Positions 1 through 9,957 of a DNA stretch of 52,154 bases are shown here, in pieces (position 1 is the stretch's first letter; each line of letters starts with the position of its first letter). The stretch is from NCBI GenBank assembly GCA_027315135.1, contig DAHUYR010000036.1, positions 1 through 52,154 on the forward strand, written 5' to 3'. This DNA comes from Candidatus Micrarchaeota archaeon. GTDB lineage: Archaea; Micrarchaeota; Micrarchaeia; Micrarchaeales; CABMGC01. A program made the translations under genes and the position numbers. The notes below the pieces were generated by a model. The model saw only the letters and a program-made list of their open reading frames with translations. It searched no databases and was not told the origin of the DNA.

Positions 1-303
1 TTAGCGATTATTGCAATTATAGGGAGTTACCTAATCTCTACACTAATATCTCTTAGGTTCCCAATACTTGTGCTTGGAGAACCTGTGGCAATCTTCGGTC
101 TCGTGTATGCTATAGTCGGGTACATACTCTATACCGGAGACAACTGGGCCTGGTGGGTGGCAGTTGCCTTCTACGGATCATTCTTAATAATCTCTATGTT
201 AAGCTTGGCAGTTTCCCTATTCAGTATAATCCCTCTTGCAATATCTGCATTAATACTTTACTACTTGACAACAATAAAGGTCAGAGCATACTTCGGCGTG
301 TGA
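1..303 (+). CDS. Small integral membrane protein, 5'-partial
   Basis: Frame is open from base 1 (LAIIAIIGSYLIS...) to TGA at 301-303; several hydrophobic helices, ends KVRAYFGV. Confidence 0.7.
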   Translation, partial: LAIIAIIGSYLISTLISLRFPILVLGEPVAIFGLVYAIVGYILYTGDNWAWWVAVAFYGSFLIISMLSLAVSLFSIIPLAISALILYYLTTIKVRAYFGV

Positions 304-359
304 GCTGCAAAAGCTTTATTAATAGCAATTCAGATTTAAAGATAAGTAACGGGATTATA

Positions 360-1019
360 ATGGCAAAAAAACATACTAGGGCAGTGGCAAAAAAGCAAGC
401 TACTGGGAAACAGGCTGGAACCGGGTCATTTGACATCATAGGCTCAATAAAGAGCGCATGGCATATGGCAATACATCCTTCTACCGCAAAGCCCATGAGC
501 GTAAGGGACGCCATAAAATTCTATTATTCATTTGCAATAATACCAGGAATAATAGCTACAATAATAGCAGGGCTTATCACAGGAACAGTCTCAGCAGCTG
601 TAATCATGTTCGGCGTTATATTCGTACTGGAAGTTATAGGCATATTCGTAGACGCAGGAATATATCATCTATTTGGCAAATTCCTCTTCAAGAAATTCAC
701 ACAGGATTATTCAGTTACGTTTACTGCGACAGTAGTTGCATCAATCCCTGCAATACTTTTCTATTGGCTATCTCCGATAACCGGAGGAATTTCAAGCATA
801 CTATTTGGCATATGGGGCATAATCTTGCTAACTATGGCACTAATGAAGCTCCAGAAAGTATCAGGAGTAGTTGCAGTGCTCTCGTGGCTGGTTCCATCGA
901 TAATAATAGGAATACTCGTAGTCCTTCTGGCCATTGCCGCATTTTCAGCAATAGGTGCACTGCCAGTAGCAGGCAATCTTACAAGCAACTTCACAACAAC
1001 TGCCCTGACAACAATATGA
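360..1019 (+). CDS. Yip1-family multi-pass membrane protein
   Basis: Start moved to ATG 360 (MAKKHTR). Basic N-tail, then ~5 TM helices with Yip1-like features (IHPST, AGIYHLFGK, IWGIILL). Confidence 0.65.
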   Translation: MAKKHTRAVAKKQATGKQAGTGSFDIIGSIKSAWHMAIHPSTAKPMSVRDAIKFYYSFAIIPGIIATIIAGLITGTVSAAVIMFGVIFVLEVIGIFVDAGIYHLFGKFLFKKFTQDYSVTFTATVVASIPAILFYWLSPITGGISSILFGIWGIILLTMALMKLQKVSGVVAVLSWLVPSIIIGILVVLLAIAAFSAIGALPVAGNLTSNFTTTALTTI

Positions 1020-1254
1020 GCTCAGCCGTACAGAACACAGTTTCCATATGGCCTAAGTATGAGTTTGTACGTATCTCTTGACAATTACTGCCAAGGCGGA
1101 GTAGCGTAAGTGCAATAAAATACCAAACTGCAGTAGGGCCTAGTCTCAAACTGTATCATTTATTAAACTCTTACAAATTGCTCTACTTTGTCAAACCGAA
1201 GATCTTCAGAATCCTGATGCTCACTTTTTAATACGTTAACTGCTTAAAATTACT

Positions 1255-1926
1255 ATGATAAAACTTGTTATCTTTGATGCAGAGCACGTACTTTACAACG
1301 CGGAAGGACAGATTAAGTATTTCAACATAAAGCTTGCTGAATTTGTAAAGAATAACAGTAATACGGATCCGCAGGCACCGGGAGCCATATGGAAAACCCT
1401 TGGAAACGCTGTATTAGTAGGTAAAATGTCTATACTACAGGCTCATAAGGAGTTTATCTCTAGACTGGGCATCCGCCCCGAGCTAATTGAAGAGTACGAA
1501 GCATTCGACAGAGAATCGTTCAATTATGCAAAGCTAATGGAAGATGACGAAGAAAAATATCTAAGAGATCTTAAAATAAGAAATTACAAACTTGCAGTAC
1601 TCTCTGACGGTGTAAATCCGGCAGATACCAAAGCACAGATATTAGAAATAGTGGGACTCGGTGGAATATTCGATAAGATATTTGTTTCTTCTGATATAGG
1701 TCATAAAAAACCAGACAGCGAAACCTACCGGGCAGTTATGGATGCGTTTAAGGCAGACTCTTCAGAGACGGTCTTTGTGGGTCACGACCTCGACGAACTT
1801 GAAGGTGCAATTGCCTTAGGCATACACACTATCTCATATAATGGAGATAGACTCGGTCACGAAGCTGACAGTTTCTCAAGAATAAACGAGATAATCTACA
1901 GTCTAGACAACGGAAACAGACAATAA
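1255..1926 (+). CDS. HAD-superfamily hydrolase
   Basis: LVIFDAEHVL (motif I variant), LSD (II), KKPD (III), FVGHDLDEL (IV). Confidence 0.85.
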   Translation: MIKLVIFDAEHVLYNAEGQIKYFNIKLAEFVKNNSNTDPQAPGAIWKTLGNAVLVGKMSILQAHKEFISRLGIRPELIEEYEAFDRESFNYAKLMEDDEEKYLRDLKIRNYKLAVLSDGVNPADTKAQILEIVGLGGIFDKIFVSSDIGHKKPDSETYRAVMDAFKADSSETVFVGHDLDELEGAIALGIHTISYNGDRLGHEADSFSRINEIIYSLDNGNRQ

Positions 1927-2157
1927 CATTCAAGACTGAAGAGATGTTTGGCCTGAAAATAACAGGTCTACTGATCTGAAGAAGGTCAAGATATGCCTGT
2001 CAGCCTGCGTTCCTGCAAACCTGCTAGAATACGCGATGGGATGCTTCATACTTGACGAAGGTGACTGGATGTAAAAGCCAACTACCTAACTGTCGACGTA
2101 GTAAAAAGATTAATATAATTATCTATAAGAATAACAAATGCTAATTTCAGTGATACT

Positions 2158-2520
2158 ATGAAAATCAATGAGCTTAAAGGAGGCGTGGGAAACGTAGAAA
2201 TAGAGGCAACTGTAGTTGACAAGCAGCCCACTAGAACTGTAGTAACAAAGTATGGAAAGCAGCTTACTGTATCAAGCGCTACCATAAAGGATGACACAGG
2301 AAGCATTACGCTATCACTCTGGGAGAAGGATGCCGACGCAATAGATGTAGGTGACAAGATAAAGGTAACCAACGGCTATGTCAGCGAATATAAGGGCAAT
2401 CCACAGCTTTCAGCAGGAAAGTATGGAAAGATAGAGGTAGTGGAAAAAGGAGACGGAAGCGCATCAGCATCAAGTTCCGGTTCAGAGGAGAACTTCGAAT
2501 CTGGCCAGGAAGAGTTCTAG
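2158..2520 (+). CDS. ssb: Single-stranded DNA-binding protein, single OB fold with acidic tail
   Basis: MKINELK...IKDDTGSITLSLW...GDKIKVTNGYVSEYKG OB signature; tail EENFESGQEEF. Confidence 0.88.
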   Translation: MKINELKGGVGNVEIEATVVDKQPTRTVVTKYGKQLTVSSATIKDDTGSITLSLWEKDADAIDVGDKIKVTNGYVSEYKGNPQLSAGKYGKIEVVEKGDGSASASSSGSEENFESGQEEF

Positions 2521-2536
2521 TTGTTTCTAATCTGTT

Positions 2537-3799
2537 TTAGAACTCAAAATCTATTGTATCTCCAACCTTAGGAGTGTGAACCTTGAATCCCTCCATAGCC
2601 AAGCTTTCTGCAGCTGTAGATATATTCTCGCTGCTGCCATGCACGAGCACTATCTCCTCAGGCGAACACATCTTGGCATATTTGTGAAGGTCGCTCCTTC
2701 CGGCATGTGCTGAGAAATCATAGAAGCCAACCTCATTCCTTACAGTAAACTTTTTACCGTCAATTACCAAGGGTTTTCCATCAAGCAACCTGCGGCCATT
2801 CGTTCCTTCGACCTGGAAACCTGTAAGAAATACTTTTGAATTGCGGTTAAGCTGCGTTATGTAATTAAGCACCGGACCCCCAGTGAGCATTCCCGAAGTA
2901 GTCAGTATTATCTTACCTCCCATAACTGCTCTCCTTCTGGCACGGTACATCGTCACTATCGATGCTTTATTCACACCATCTGCAAGCAGCTTGCCGTTTT
3001 TAAGGAAACGTTTGTGGACAAGCGTTATCTCAGTTGCTGCTTTTGCCATCCCGTCAAGATAGGTGCGCTCTGCAAGGCCGTGCTGTTCAAGCACCGCCAG
3101 CACCTCCTGGCTCCTGCCAACCGCAAACACAGGAACAAGAGCCGTCCCGCCGTTGTCTATCACACTCTTCACATCCTCTATAAATGAGGATATTAGTTTA
3201 TCCCTGTCAGGATGGTCTCCGCTTCCGTATGTCGACTCCATTACAAGTATGTCACATTTGACCGGGTCAGCACCTTTCTGCAGTGTCTGTTCTTCAAGCT
3301 TGAAATCCCCAGTATATGCAAGTGTCCTGCCACTCCTCATATTTTCAACAGATGAAACTGCGCTTCCAGGTATGTGGCCAGCATCACGCAGCGTTATCAC
3401 ATAATCATCGAATTCGTTTTCAAAACCGTACTCGCAAGGCACATATCTTGCCATCATCTCCCTGAAATCGGCTCCTGAGTATGCCGGTTTTTCATGCCTG
3501 CGCTTCGCAATCTTCATCGCGTCCTCTATCAGAAGCTCTACAAGCTCCATAGTCGGCTGCGTAGCAAACGTCGGAGGTCTGCCCTCTCTGTATATGGAAG
3601 GAAGAAAGCCACTGTGGTCAAGATGAGCATGGCTCAGTATGCACGCATCAACAGCTCCTATCTCTAAAGGGTATTCAGTATTGCTCTCAACCTTTATCCC
3701 ACAATCAAGCAGTATGTTCTTTTTGTCCTCGATTACAAAGGCGGATCTCCCTACCTCCCCGGCACCACCAAGAAACCGCATCCTCAAACAATCACACAA
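2537..3799 (-). CDS. Beta-CASP metallo-beta-lactamase ribonuclease (aCPSF2-like); start may be 3781
   Basis: FLGGAGEVGRS, LDCG, SHAHLDH, AGHIPGS, ESTYG, FSAHAG, VHG motifs; no KH domains. Confidence 0.9.
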   Translation of the reverse strand: MCDCLRMRFLGGAGEVGRSAFVIEDKKNILLDCGIKVESNTEYPLEIGAVDACILSHAHLDHSGFLPSIYREGRPPTFATQPTMELVELLIEDAMKIAKRRHEKPAYSGADFREMMARYVPCEYGFENEFDDYVITLRDAGHIPGSAVSSVENMRSGRTLAYTGDFKLEEQTLQKGADPVKCDILVMESTYGSGDHPDRDKLISSFIEDVKSVIDNGGTALVPVFAVGRSQEVLAVLEQHGLAERTYLDGMAKAATEITLVHKRFLKNGKLLADGVNKASIVTMYRARRRAVMGGKIILTTSGMLTGGPVLNYITQLNRNSKVFLTGFQVEGTNGRRLLDGKPLVIDGKKFTVRNEVGFYDFSAHAGRSDLHKYAKMCSPEEIVLVHGSSENISTAAESLAMEGFKVHTPKVGDTIDFEF

Positions 3800-3881
3800 T
3801 CAAAACAGAAGCAACAACACTATATTTATCTTAACCTATTTAAGCGTTATTAAAGATAATATAGCGACCAGTGGTGAAATA

Positions 3882-4577
3882 GTGGACGATATAACCTTCC
3901 TTGACCTTGCGTGCCTTATGAAGATATCAGAAGATACTACGTTAGAAAGATTCGGCTCTGCGATAAACGCGAGCATATTCGATGCATCTAACATTGCAGG
4001 AACCCTTAAGCAGAAGGATCTGATAGATTTCACATCAATATTCCCAGGACCAAATTCAATAGCTGTAACTGAGAAAGGCAAGGCAGCACTGACAGAGGCC
4101 GAACAAAGGGCAGCAACCCCATTCGACAATCTTGACAAGAGCATACTATTGCAAATATCGAGCGGCAAGAGCTCCCCAAAAGACATACAAAGCTCAATAA
4201 GCCTCAATTCAAGGGATCTTGCAATGCGCCTGTACAAGCTAAGCAGGCAGAACCTGCTCACTTACGAACTGAAGAGCGGTCAGGTCGAAATACTTCTTAC
4301 TGAGCAGGGCTTCCTCAAAGCATCGCCATCGCAGACCCAGCCTATGCAGCCAATGCGCCAGATGCAGCCGACCCCAGCTCCTCAGCCTACTGCACAGCAA
4401 CCGTCCCAGCAGCCATCTGCAGTCCAGCAACCAGGCCAGTCAGACCAACAAACAGCTCCTAAGGCAATACAGTTCCAGCCAAAACCGATGAACAAGAAGC
4501 AGCTTGCCATGGTAGGCGTTGCCGCGGCAGCAATTATAATAGTGCTTGTATACCTATTAATGACGAAGATAATATGA
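3882..4577 (+). CDS. Hypothetical protein: two winged-helix-like domains, Q/P-rich linker, C-terminal TM anchor
   Basis: GTG 3882 after a GGTGA RBS; two wing motifs (VTEKG, LTEQG); hydrophobic tail; stop overlaps the next ATG. Confidence 0.65.
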   Translation: MDDITFLDLACLMKISEDTTLERFGSAINASIFDASNIAGTLKQKDLIDFTSIFPGPNSIAVTEKGKAALTEAEQRAATPFDNLDKSILLQISSGKSSPKDIQSSISLNSRDLAMRLYKLSRQNLLTYELKSGQVEILLTEQGFLKASPSQTQPMQPMRQMQPTPAPQPTAQQPSQQPSAVQQPGQSDQQTAPKAIQFQPKPMNKKQLAMVGVAAAAIIIVLVYLLMTKII

Positions 4578-5188
4578 CACTGTCAGATTACTTTGAAGGG
4601 GAAAAACTCCTGAAGAAATACGGCATAAGCAGCATAAAGAGCCGGTATGTCAATTCTGCAGAGGAAGCCATAGCAAACGCAGATGGCAAGCCTATAGTAA
4701 TGAAGATAATATCTGATAAAGCGCTGCACAAATCAAAGAGCGGCCTAGTCGCACTTGACCTCAAGACAGACAAGGAAATTCGCTCTGCGTTCAACTCCCT
4801 CACTGCAAAAGCAGCAAAACTAAAACCATACAAGGTGATAGTGCAGGAGATGTCAAAGAGCGGCATTGAAGTGATAATAGGCGGAAAGACCGATCCGCAA
4901 TTTGGCAAAGTGATACTACTGGGACTTGGCGGCATATATGTTGAGGCGTTCAAGGATTTTGCAATACGCGTCTGTCCGATAAGCAGCTCTGATGCAGGCA
5001 GCATGATAGACAGCCTGAAATCCGAGAACGTAATAACCTATGGTTCAGAGAACAGGAAGATGCTTGAAAAGCTTCTGGTAAGCGTATCGGAAATGTTGGT
5101 CAACACTGAACTCAAGGAGCTTGACCTTAACCCTGTCATATTGAGAAAAGCAGACTATGATGTAGTCGACATAAGGATATTGAAATAA
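4574..5188 (+). CDS. acdB: ADP-forming acetyl-CoA synthetase, beta (ATP-grasp) subunit
   Basis: PIVMKI, HKSKSGLV, IVQEM, DPQFG, GLGGIYVE, ELDLNP. Confidence 0.88.
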   Translation: MTLSDYFEGEKLLKKYGISSIKSRYVNSAEEAIANADGKPIVMKIISDKALHKSKSGLVALDLKTDKEIRSAFNSLTAKAAKLKPYKVIVQEMSKSGIEVIIGGKTDPQFGKVILLGLGGIYVEAFKDFAIRVCPISSSDAGSMIDSLKSENVITYGSENRKMLEKLLVSVSEMLVNTELKELDLNPVILRKADYDVVDIRILK

Positions 5189-5208
5189 TTAAAACCGAGT
5201 GTTATAAC

Positions 5209-6588
5209 ATGAAAGCAGACCTGCAAAACATGCTGAATCCAAAATCCGTAGCGATAATAGGTGCTTCCAGGAATCCTGACAAGGTCGGGCACATAATACT
5301 CCAGAATTACATAAACTCAGGCTATTCCGGCAGATTATTTGCAGTCAACAAGGATGCCGAATCAATACTCGGGGTAAAGGCATACAGGCACGTCGGAGAG
5401 ATAAAGCAGAAGCTTGACCTGGCAGTCATAGCAATACCTGCCCAGTTCGTCCCACAGGCTCTTGAGGAGTGTGGCAAAGCAGGCGTGAAGAGCACCATAG
5501 TGGTGACTGCAGGCTTTGAGGAGATAGGCGAGAAGGCGCTGCAGGAACAGATCGTGAGAATATCGGAAAAGTACAAGATGCCGATGCTTGGGCCAAACTG
5601 CCTGGGTGTCATGGACACGCGCGCAAGGACTGACACGCTCTTCCTGCCAACATACAAGCTGAGCAAACCAGGCGTGGGATATGTAAGCTTCATATCACAG
5701 AGCGGAGCCGTAGGCAGCACGATACTGGATCTTATAGCCGGAGAAGGATTCGGTCTTTCCAAATTTATATCTTATGGAAACGCTGCATATATCGATGAAT
5801 CCGACATTCTGGAATATTTGATGAATGATGACGATACTAAAGTAATCATAATGTATATCGAGGGCATAAAGGACGGCAAAAAGTTCATCGAGGTTGCAAA
5901 GAAGGTAACCAAGAAGAAACCTGTCGTGGTGCTTAAAGGAGGAAGATCTGCCATAGGCCAGCAGGCTACTCTCTCGCACACAGCTTCATTGGCAGGGGAT
6001 TATCAGGTTTACGAAGGCATGTTCCAGCAATTCGGCTTTACTATTGCAAACGACCTAAACGAGCTTTTATACTATGCCAAGGTTCTTGTATCCGAGCCTG
6101 AACCGAAAGGAAACAGGATAGGCATAATAACAAACGGTGGCGGAGCCGGGGTAATAACCACAGATGCTGTAGGCGCGGTAAAAGCGCTGAAGCTCGCAGG
6201 ACTCAGTAAGAAGAGCCAGGAAATACTCAGGAAAACAATGCCCCCGCTTGTCAATATAAGGATACCTCTGGACCTTGCAGGAGACGCAGGAGGTGACAGG
6301 TACGAAACTGCGGTCTCTACGCTAAGGGATGATGATAATGTTGACATGATCATAGTGATAGCGCTATTTCAGACTCCTGGAGCTGATTCCAGTGTGGTTG
6401 CAAAACTTGTCCACTTCAAGGCAGACATGAACAAACCCATGATAGTGATAAGCATAGGCGCTGAATACACCCAGATACACAACCACATGATGGAGGAGTC
6501 AGGTCTTCCAGTATACGATTCCCCTGTAGCTGCTGTAAACTCACTGGCAGAGTTATTCAAATACTATCAGTATAAACACAGGAAGTGA
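5209..6588 (+). CDS. acdA: ADP-forming acetyl-CoA synthetase, alpha subunit
   Basis: PKSVAIIGAS, GPNCLG, ISQSGA, SYGN, SHTASLAG (phospho-His), TNGGGAG. Confidence 0.9.
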   Translation: MKADLQNMLNPKSVAIIGASRNPDKVGHIILQNYINSGYSGRLFAVNKDAESILGVKAYRHVGEIKQKLDLAVIAIPAQFVPQALEECGKAGVKSTIVVTAGFEEIGEKALQEQIVRISEKYKMPMLGPNCLGVMDTRARTDTLFLPTYKLSKPGVGYVSFISQSGAVGSTILDLIAGEGFGLSKFISYGNAAYIDESDILEYLMNDDDTKVIIMYIEGIKDGKKFIEVAKKVTKKKPVVVLKGGRSAIGQQATLSHTASLAGDYQVYEGMFQQFGFTIANDLNELLYYAKVLVSEPEPKGNRIGIITNGGGAGVITTDAVGAVKALKLAGLSKKSQEILRKTMPPLVNIRIPLDLAGDAGGDRYETAVSTLRDDDNVDMIIVIALFQTPGADSSVVAKLVHFKADMNKPMIVISIGAEYTQIHNHMMEESGLPVYDSPVAAVNSLAELFKYYQYKHRK

Positions 6589-6592
6589 AGAT

Positions 6593-7786
6593 TCAGCTAA
6601 GCAGGTCGTTCATTATCTTTGCAATTACCTTATCCTTTTTCTCTCCGGAGCTGAGAAGCTCAAAAAGTTCGGCAGGCCCTATTGCAAGATCATATCCGCT
6701 TTTCTTAAGCTCTTCAACCAGTATGCCTATACCAAGATCCTTCACTGAAATATTGCTGATATCCGAGTATATCTCCGCACGCTTACTATCGTCAGACACA
6801 TTCTCAAATCCCTTCTTTGCTATCTCTATTACTGCATGGTCCTTGTATCTCTTGGCTATCTCCTGCATCTCTATGCCCATCCGTTTGACTGACCTATCGT
6901 TTCCATTTATCTCTATTCTAATTATGCAGCCTTGCCCATGCTTCGACACAGCTTCGTTTATCCTCTCTTCTATACGCCTGAGCAAAGTCCCTTCCTCAGA
7001 AGAATCCACATCAACCTTTACCGATTCAAAACTCCTCGAATTTATATGCACAAATTCATACGAATTGGTCTTTGTATCGTAAACAAAGAATCCCTTTCTC
7101 TCAATCTCTCCATCCTTAAGCTGTGTTAGCACAGTGCTTCCTGGTATCAGGAACGGTTTGCCATGCACTGTGGATTCTACCTTGCTGTGTATGTGCCCAT
7201 TAACATAAAGATCAAAACCCTCCGGCAGTTCATTCATCCTAAGGAAGGAATCGTTGAATGGCAGAAGTTCGTATAATGACTGGTGGAACATGAGTATGTT
7301 GAAAGCTCCATCGACGACGGAAGAGGCATGTTCCTTCAAAGCTTCGCCAAAGCGCTCCTCCACCACCCCTGAAATGCCTGTTACTGCGACTCTCTCCCCA
7401 TCCTTCTCAATAACCGCAACTCCCATCCCTATGTCTGCAAGCAACGATGTTAAATTAAGAAGGTCAACAGGGTCTTCAGTATCGCTTGTCCTTCTTTCAT
7501 GTGTTCCAGGTATGGCCAGCACCGGCTTGTCCGTGTATACTCTGCCATCTCCTTTAAAATCAATTATCTTAGCTCCAAACTCTCTCTGCAGCAATTCCTT
7601 AAAGATGAGTATTGCCTCTGCTATGACGTCGGGTTTTGGAAATCTTGTATCAAATATATCTCCAGGTATTATTATCGCGTCTGCCCTTTCAGCCGCCATG
7701 GTCAAAGCCTCAGCCGCTTGGGCATGGGCGTCCTTCCTGAAACGGTCGTAACCTATGTGCAGATCAGAAACAATCGCTATCTTCAC
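6593..7786 (-). CDS. mre11: Mre11/SbcD-family DNA repair nuclease
   Basis: SDLHIG, GDIFD, PGTHE, FHQ, GHIH, PGS phosphoesterase motifs plus capping domain. Confidence 0.85.
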   Translation of the reverse strand: MKIAIVSDLHIGYDRFRKDAHAQAAEALTMAAERADAIIIPGDIFDTRFPKPDVIAEAILIFKELLQREFGAKIIDFKGDGRVYTDKPVLAIPGTHERRTSDTEDPVDLLNLTSLLADIGMGVAVIEKDGERVAVTGISGVVEERFGEALKEHASSVVDGAFNILMFHQSLYELLPFNDSFLRMNELPEGFDLYVNGHIHSKVESTVHGKPFLIPGSTVLTQLKDGEIERKGFFVYDTKTNSYEFVHINSRSFESVKVDVDSSEEGTLLRRIEERINEAVSKHGQGCIIRIEINGNDRSVKRMGIEMQEIAKRYKDHAVIEIAKKGFENVSDDSKRAEIYSDISNISVKDLGIGILVEELKKSGYDLAIGPAELFELLSSGEKKDKVIAKIMNDLLS

Positions 7787-8988
7787 CCAACCTCCTCAAC
7801 TTCAGTCATAAGAGTCTTTTCAATCGTCTCCTTCATGCGCTCCGGAGAGTATGCCAGCTTTATCAGCTTCGTATGTCCTCTTATCCCCTTTCCGGATTCG
7901 TAAGCGGAAATAAGCCCCTGCATCTCAAGATCAAAGACGTACTTCCTGTACCATCGTGAACTCTTAGGTCCCTTGTTCAGGCTATTCGCTATCGATGCGT
8001 ACTTGTTGTAAATATCTCCGCTGAATAAATAGGTCTCACTGTCGCCGCTGAGCCTCTTGTACCTACTTCCTTGTATTGACAAAAGCGAGATTGCGTATAT
8101 AATGAGGCGCTGATGCTCCGGAAGTGTGTTGACAAGTTCATATACCAGTTCCTCCTCTGCAGCTTCGGTTGCCTTGTTAACATCATTTACTGTGATTACG
8201 CCGTCTCCACGTTCATCAGCAAGCTCTCCTGCCTTTGAAAGCACCTTCAACGCAAGCCTTGCGTCCCCGCTGTCCTTCGCAGATATCGCAGCAGCAAGAT
8301 TTATCACCGCCTGATCAATAACTCCTTTCTTGAAGCCCTTCTCTGCCCTTTCCTTTAGTATCAATGCAAGTTCATTAGAGTTGTAAGGCGGAAATACCAA
8401 CTCGTTTTCGTAAAGCGTCGAAAGGCTTCTTGGATCAAGGTCCTCCTTGAAGGATATCTTGTTCGACACCCCTACTATCATTATGCCTCCTGATTTTATG
8501 TCGCTGTTAGCCCTTGTCAGCGTGTATATAAGATCATCAAGATCCTTTACAACGTCTATCTCGTCAAGCACCACTATCAGAACCTTGCTGTCCTCTTCTA
8601 TCCAGTTTATTATACGCTCATAAATGTCTACAAGCCCGTATCCGCGCTTTGCATAAACCGGAAGATAATCACTGGTTATCTTGTAAAGGACCCTATATCT
8701 GGAATTGTATATTCTGCAATTGATGTAAGAGACCCGTGCCTTTGTCGGCAAATCCTTTATCTTATCTACAACATGCTTCACGCAGGAGGTCTTCCCAGTC
8801 CCGGTCTTTCCATAGACGAACAGGTTCCTCCCTCTCTCCCCTCTGAGCGAAGGAGTCATGTATTTGACTATATTCTCAATCTGTTTGTCCCTGAAAGGAA
8901 GGTTATCCGGCATATAGTGCGGTGAAAGAACCTCACGGTTTGCAAACACGTTTGAATCCTTGAACAGATCTGAGAAAGGCTCCTTCAT
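7783..8988 (-). CDS. cdc6: Orc1/Cdc6 replication initiator AAA+ ATPase
   Basis: LSPHYMPDNLPFRD, GKTGTGKT, VLDEID, DPRSLS, FPPY, GDAR, C-terminal winged helix (GKGIRGHT). Confidence 0.95.
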   Translation of the reverse strand: MKEPFSDLFKDSNVFANREVLSPHYMPDNLPFRDKQIENIVKYMTPSLRGERGRNLFVYGKTGTGKTSCVKHVVDKIKDLPTKARVSYINCRIYNSRYRVLYKITSDYLPVYAKRGYGLVDIYERIINWIEEDSKVLIVVLDEIDVVKDLDDLIYTLTRANSDIKSGGIMIVGVSNKISFKEDLDPRSLSTLYENELVFPPYNSNELALILKERAEKGFKKGVIDQAVINLAAAISAKDSGDARLALKVLSKAGELADERGDGVITVNDVNKATEAAEEELVYELVNTLPEHQRLIIYAISLLSIQGSRYKRLSGDSETYLFSGDIYNKYASIANSLNKGPKSSRWYRKYVFDLEMQGLISAYESGKGIRGHTKLIKLAYSPERMKETIEKTLMTEVEEVG

Positions 8989-9803
8989 TTTGTCACCAAC
9001 CCTGCTTTTCTAATCATATTCTCAAATTCCTGCTTCACAGAACTGTCATGTAGCACAGGTACTCTTCCAGAGTCACTCATCTCTCCAAATATCTTATTTG
9101 CCGTAACCTTGCCGACCAAATCGCAGCCAAGCTCCGCAGCAACCTCCTCTCCCCCATTTCCGCTACCGTCAGACATGTTTTCAACCACTCCAAGAAGAGC
9201 CACCCCAAGCCTTTTTGCCATCATCCCTGACCTTATGGTATTTACTGCTGATATATGCCTGGGTGTAGTAACAAGCAAGAAGCCGTCCAAAGACAGCAGC
9301 TGTATTATTGACAGAGGAGCATCGCTGGTTCCAGGAGGCAGATCTATTATAAGATAATCTAAAGGCCCCCAATCTGTATTGTCAAGAAACTCGCGTATCA
9401 TCTTCGCAACGAGCGGCCCCCTCCATATTATCGGCTTTTTCACATCGTCAACAAACATGGAAGTCGAAACAACCTTCACGCCATCCTTCTCTGCAGGCTT
9501 GAGCGGATACTCATCAGAAAAGGCTCCTTTTATTCCAAGGAACATCAGCGTATTAGGGCAGTCAATGTCAGCGTCAATCAAGCCGACTTTGTAACCCATG
9601 CTGCTAAGTGTAAAGGCTGTGTTAACTGCTACGGTGGTCTTTCCCACCCCTCCTTTCGCGCTGTAAACTCCTATCTTATGTTTTATATTGGAGAGCTTCT
9701 GATTTATGTTCTTCTTATCCTCTATCACTCTAAGTATGGATGAGTGCATCATATTCGTTCCTGCTCCTTGATTCTGTTCAGTGTCAGCCATAGATTTCCC
9801 CAA
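8985..9803 (-). CDS. mrp: Mrp/NBP35 (ApbC)-family P-loop ATPase lacking the C-terminal CxxC; start may be 9791
   Basis: SAKGGVGKTT, DAD, IIWRGP, WGPLDYLIIDLPPGTSD, VTTP, GVVENMS. Confidence 0.85.
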   Translation of the reverse strand: MGKSMADTEQNQGAGTNMMHSSILRVIEDKKNINQKLSNIKHKIGVYSAKGGVGKTTVAVNTAFTLSSMGYKVGLIDADIDCPNTLMFLGIKGAFSDEYPLKPAEKDGVKVVSTSMFVDDVKKPIIWRGPLVAKMIREFLDNTDWGPLDYLIIDLPPGTSDAPLSIIQLLSLDGFLLVTTPRHISAVNTIRSGMMAKRLGVALLGVVENMSDGSGNGGEEVAAELGCDLVGKVTANKIFGEMSDSGRVPVLHDSSVKQEFENMIRKAGLVTK

Positions 9804-9818
9804 GAATTAATAGTGCAT

Positions 9819-9838
9819 TACTATATGAGCATATAGTA
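9819..9838. promoter_or_regulatory. Perfect palindrome TACTATATG-AG-CATATAGTA, candidate operator
   Basis: 9-2-9 inverted repeat in the divergent promoter region between mrp and surface protein 1. Confidence 0.4.
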
Positions 9839-9943
9839 TATAAATTAAATGAAGTAAAAGGTTATAGCGAGCTTAAGCCCATCCTATAACCGAAACCATT
9901 ACGGGTACCATACAAACGGGGCATCTGAAAGTTCTTTCAGTAT

Positions 9944-9957
9944 AAAAAGTTATATAT
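9944..9957 (+). promoter_or_regulatory. BRE/TATA promoter of surface protein 1
   Basis: AAAAAG followed by TTATATAT about 25-30 nt upstream of ATG 9981. Confidence 0.5.

Noticed and set aside
1927..2157. Series of short hairpins between the HAD gene and ssb
   Set aside because: Stems of 3-6 bp with no recognisable RNA family; expected by chance.
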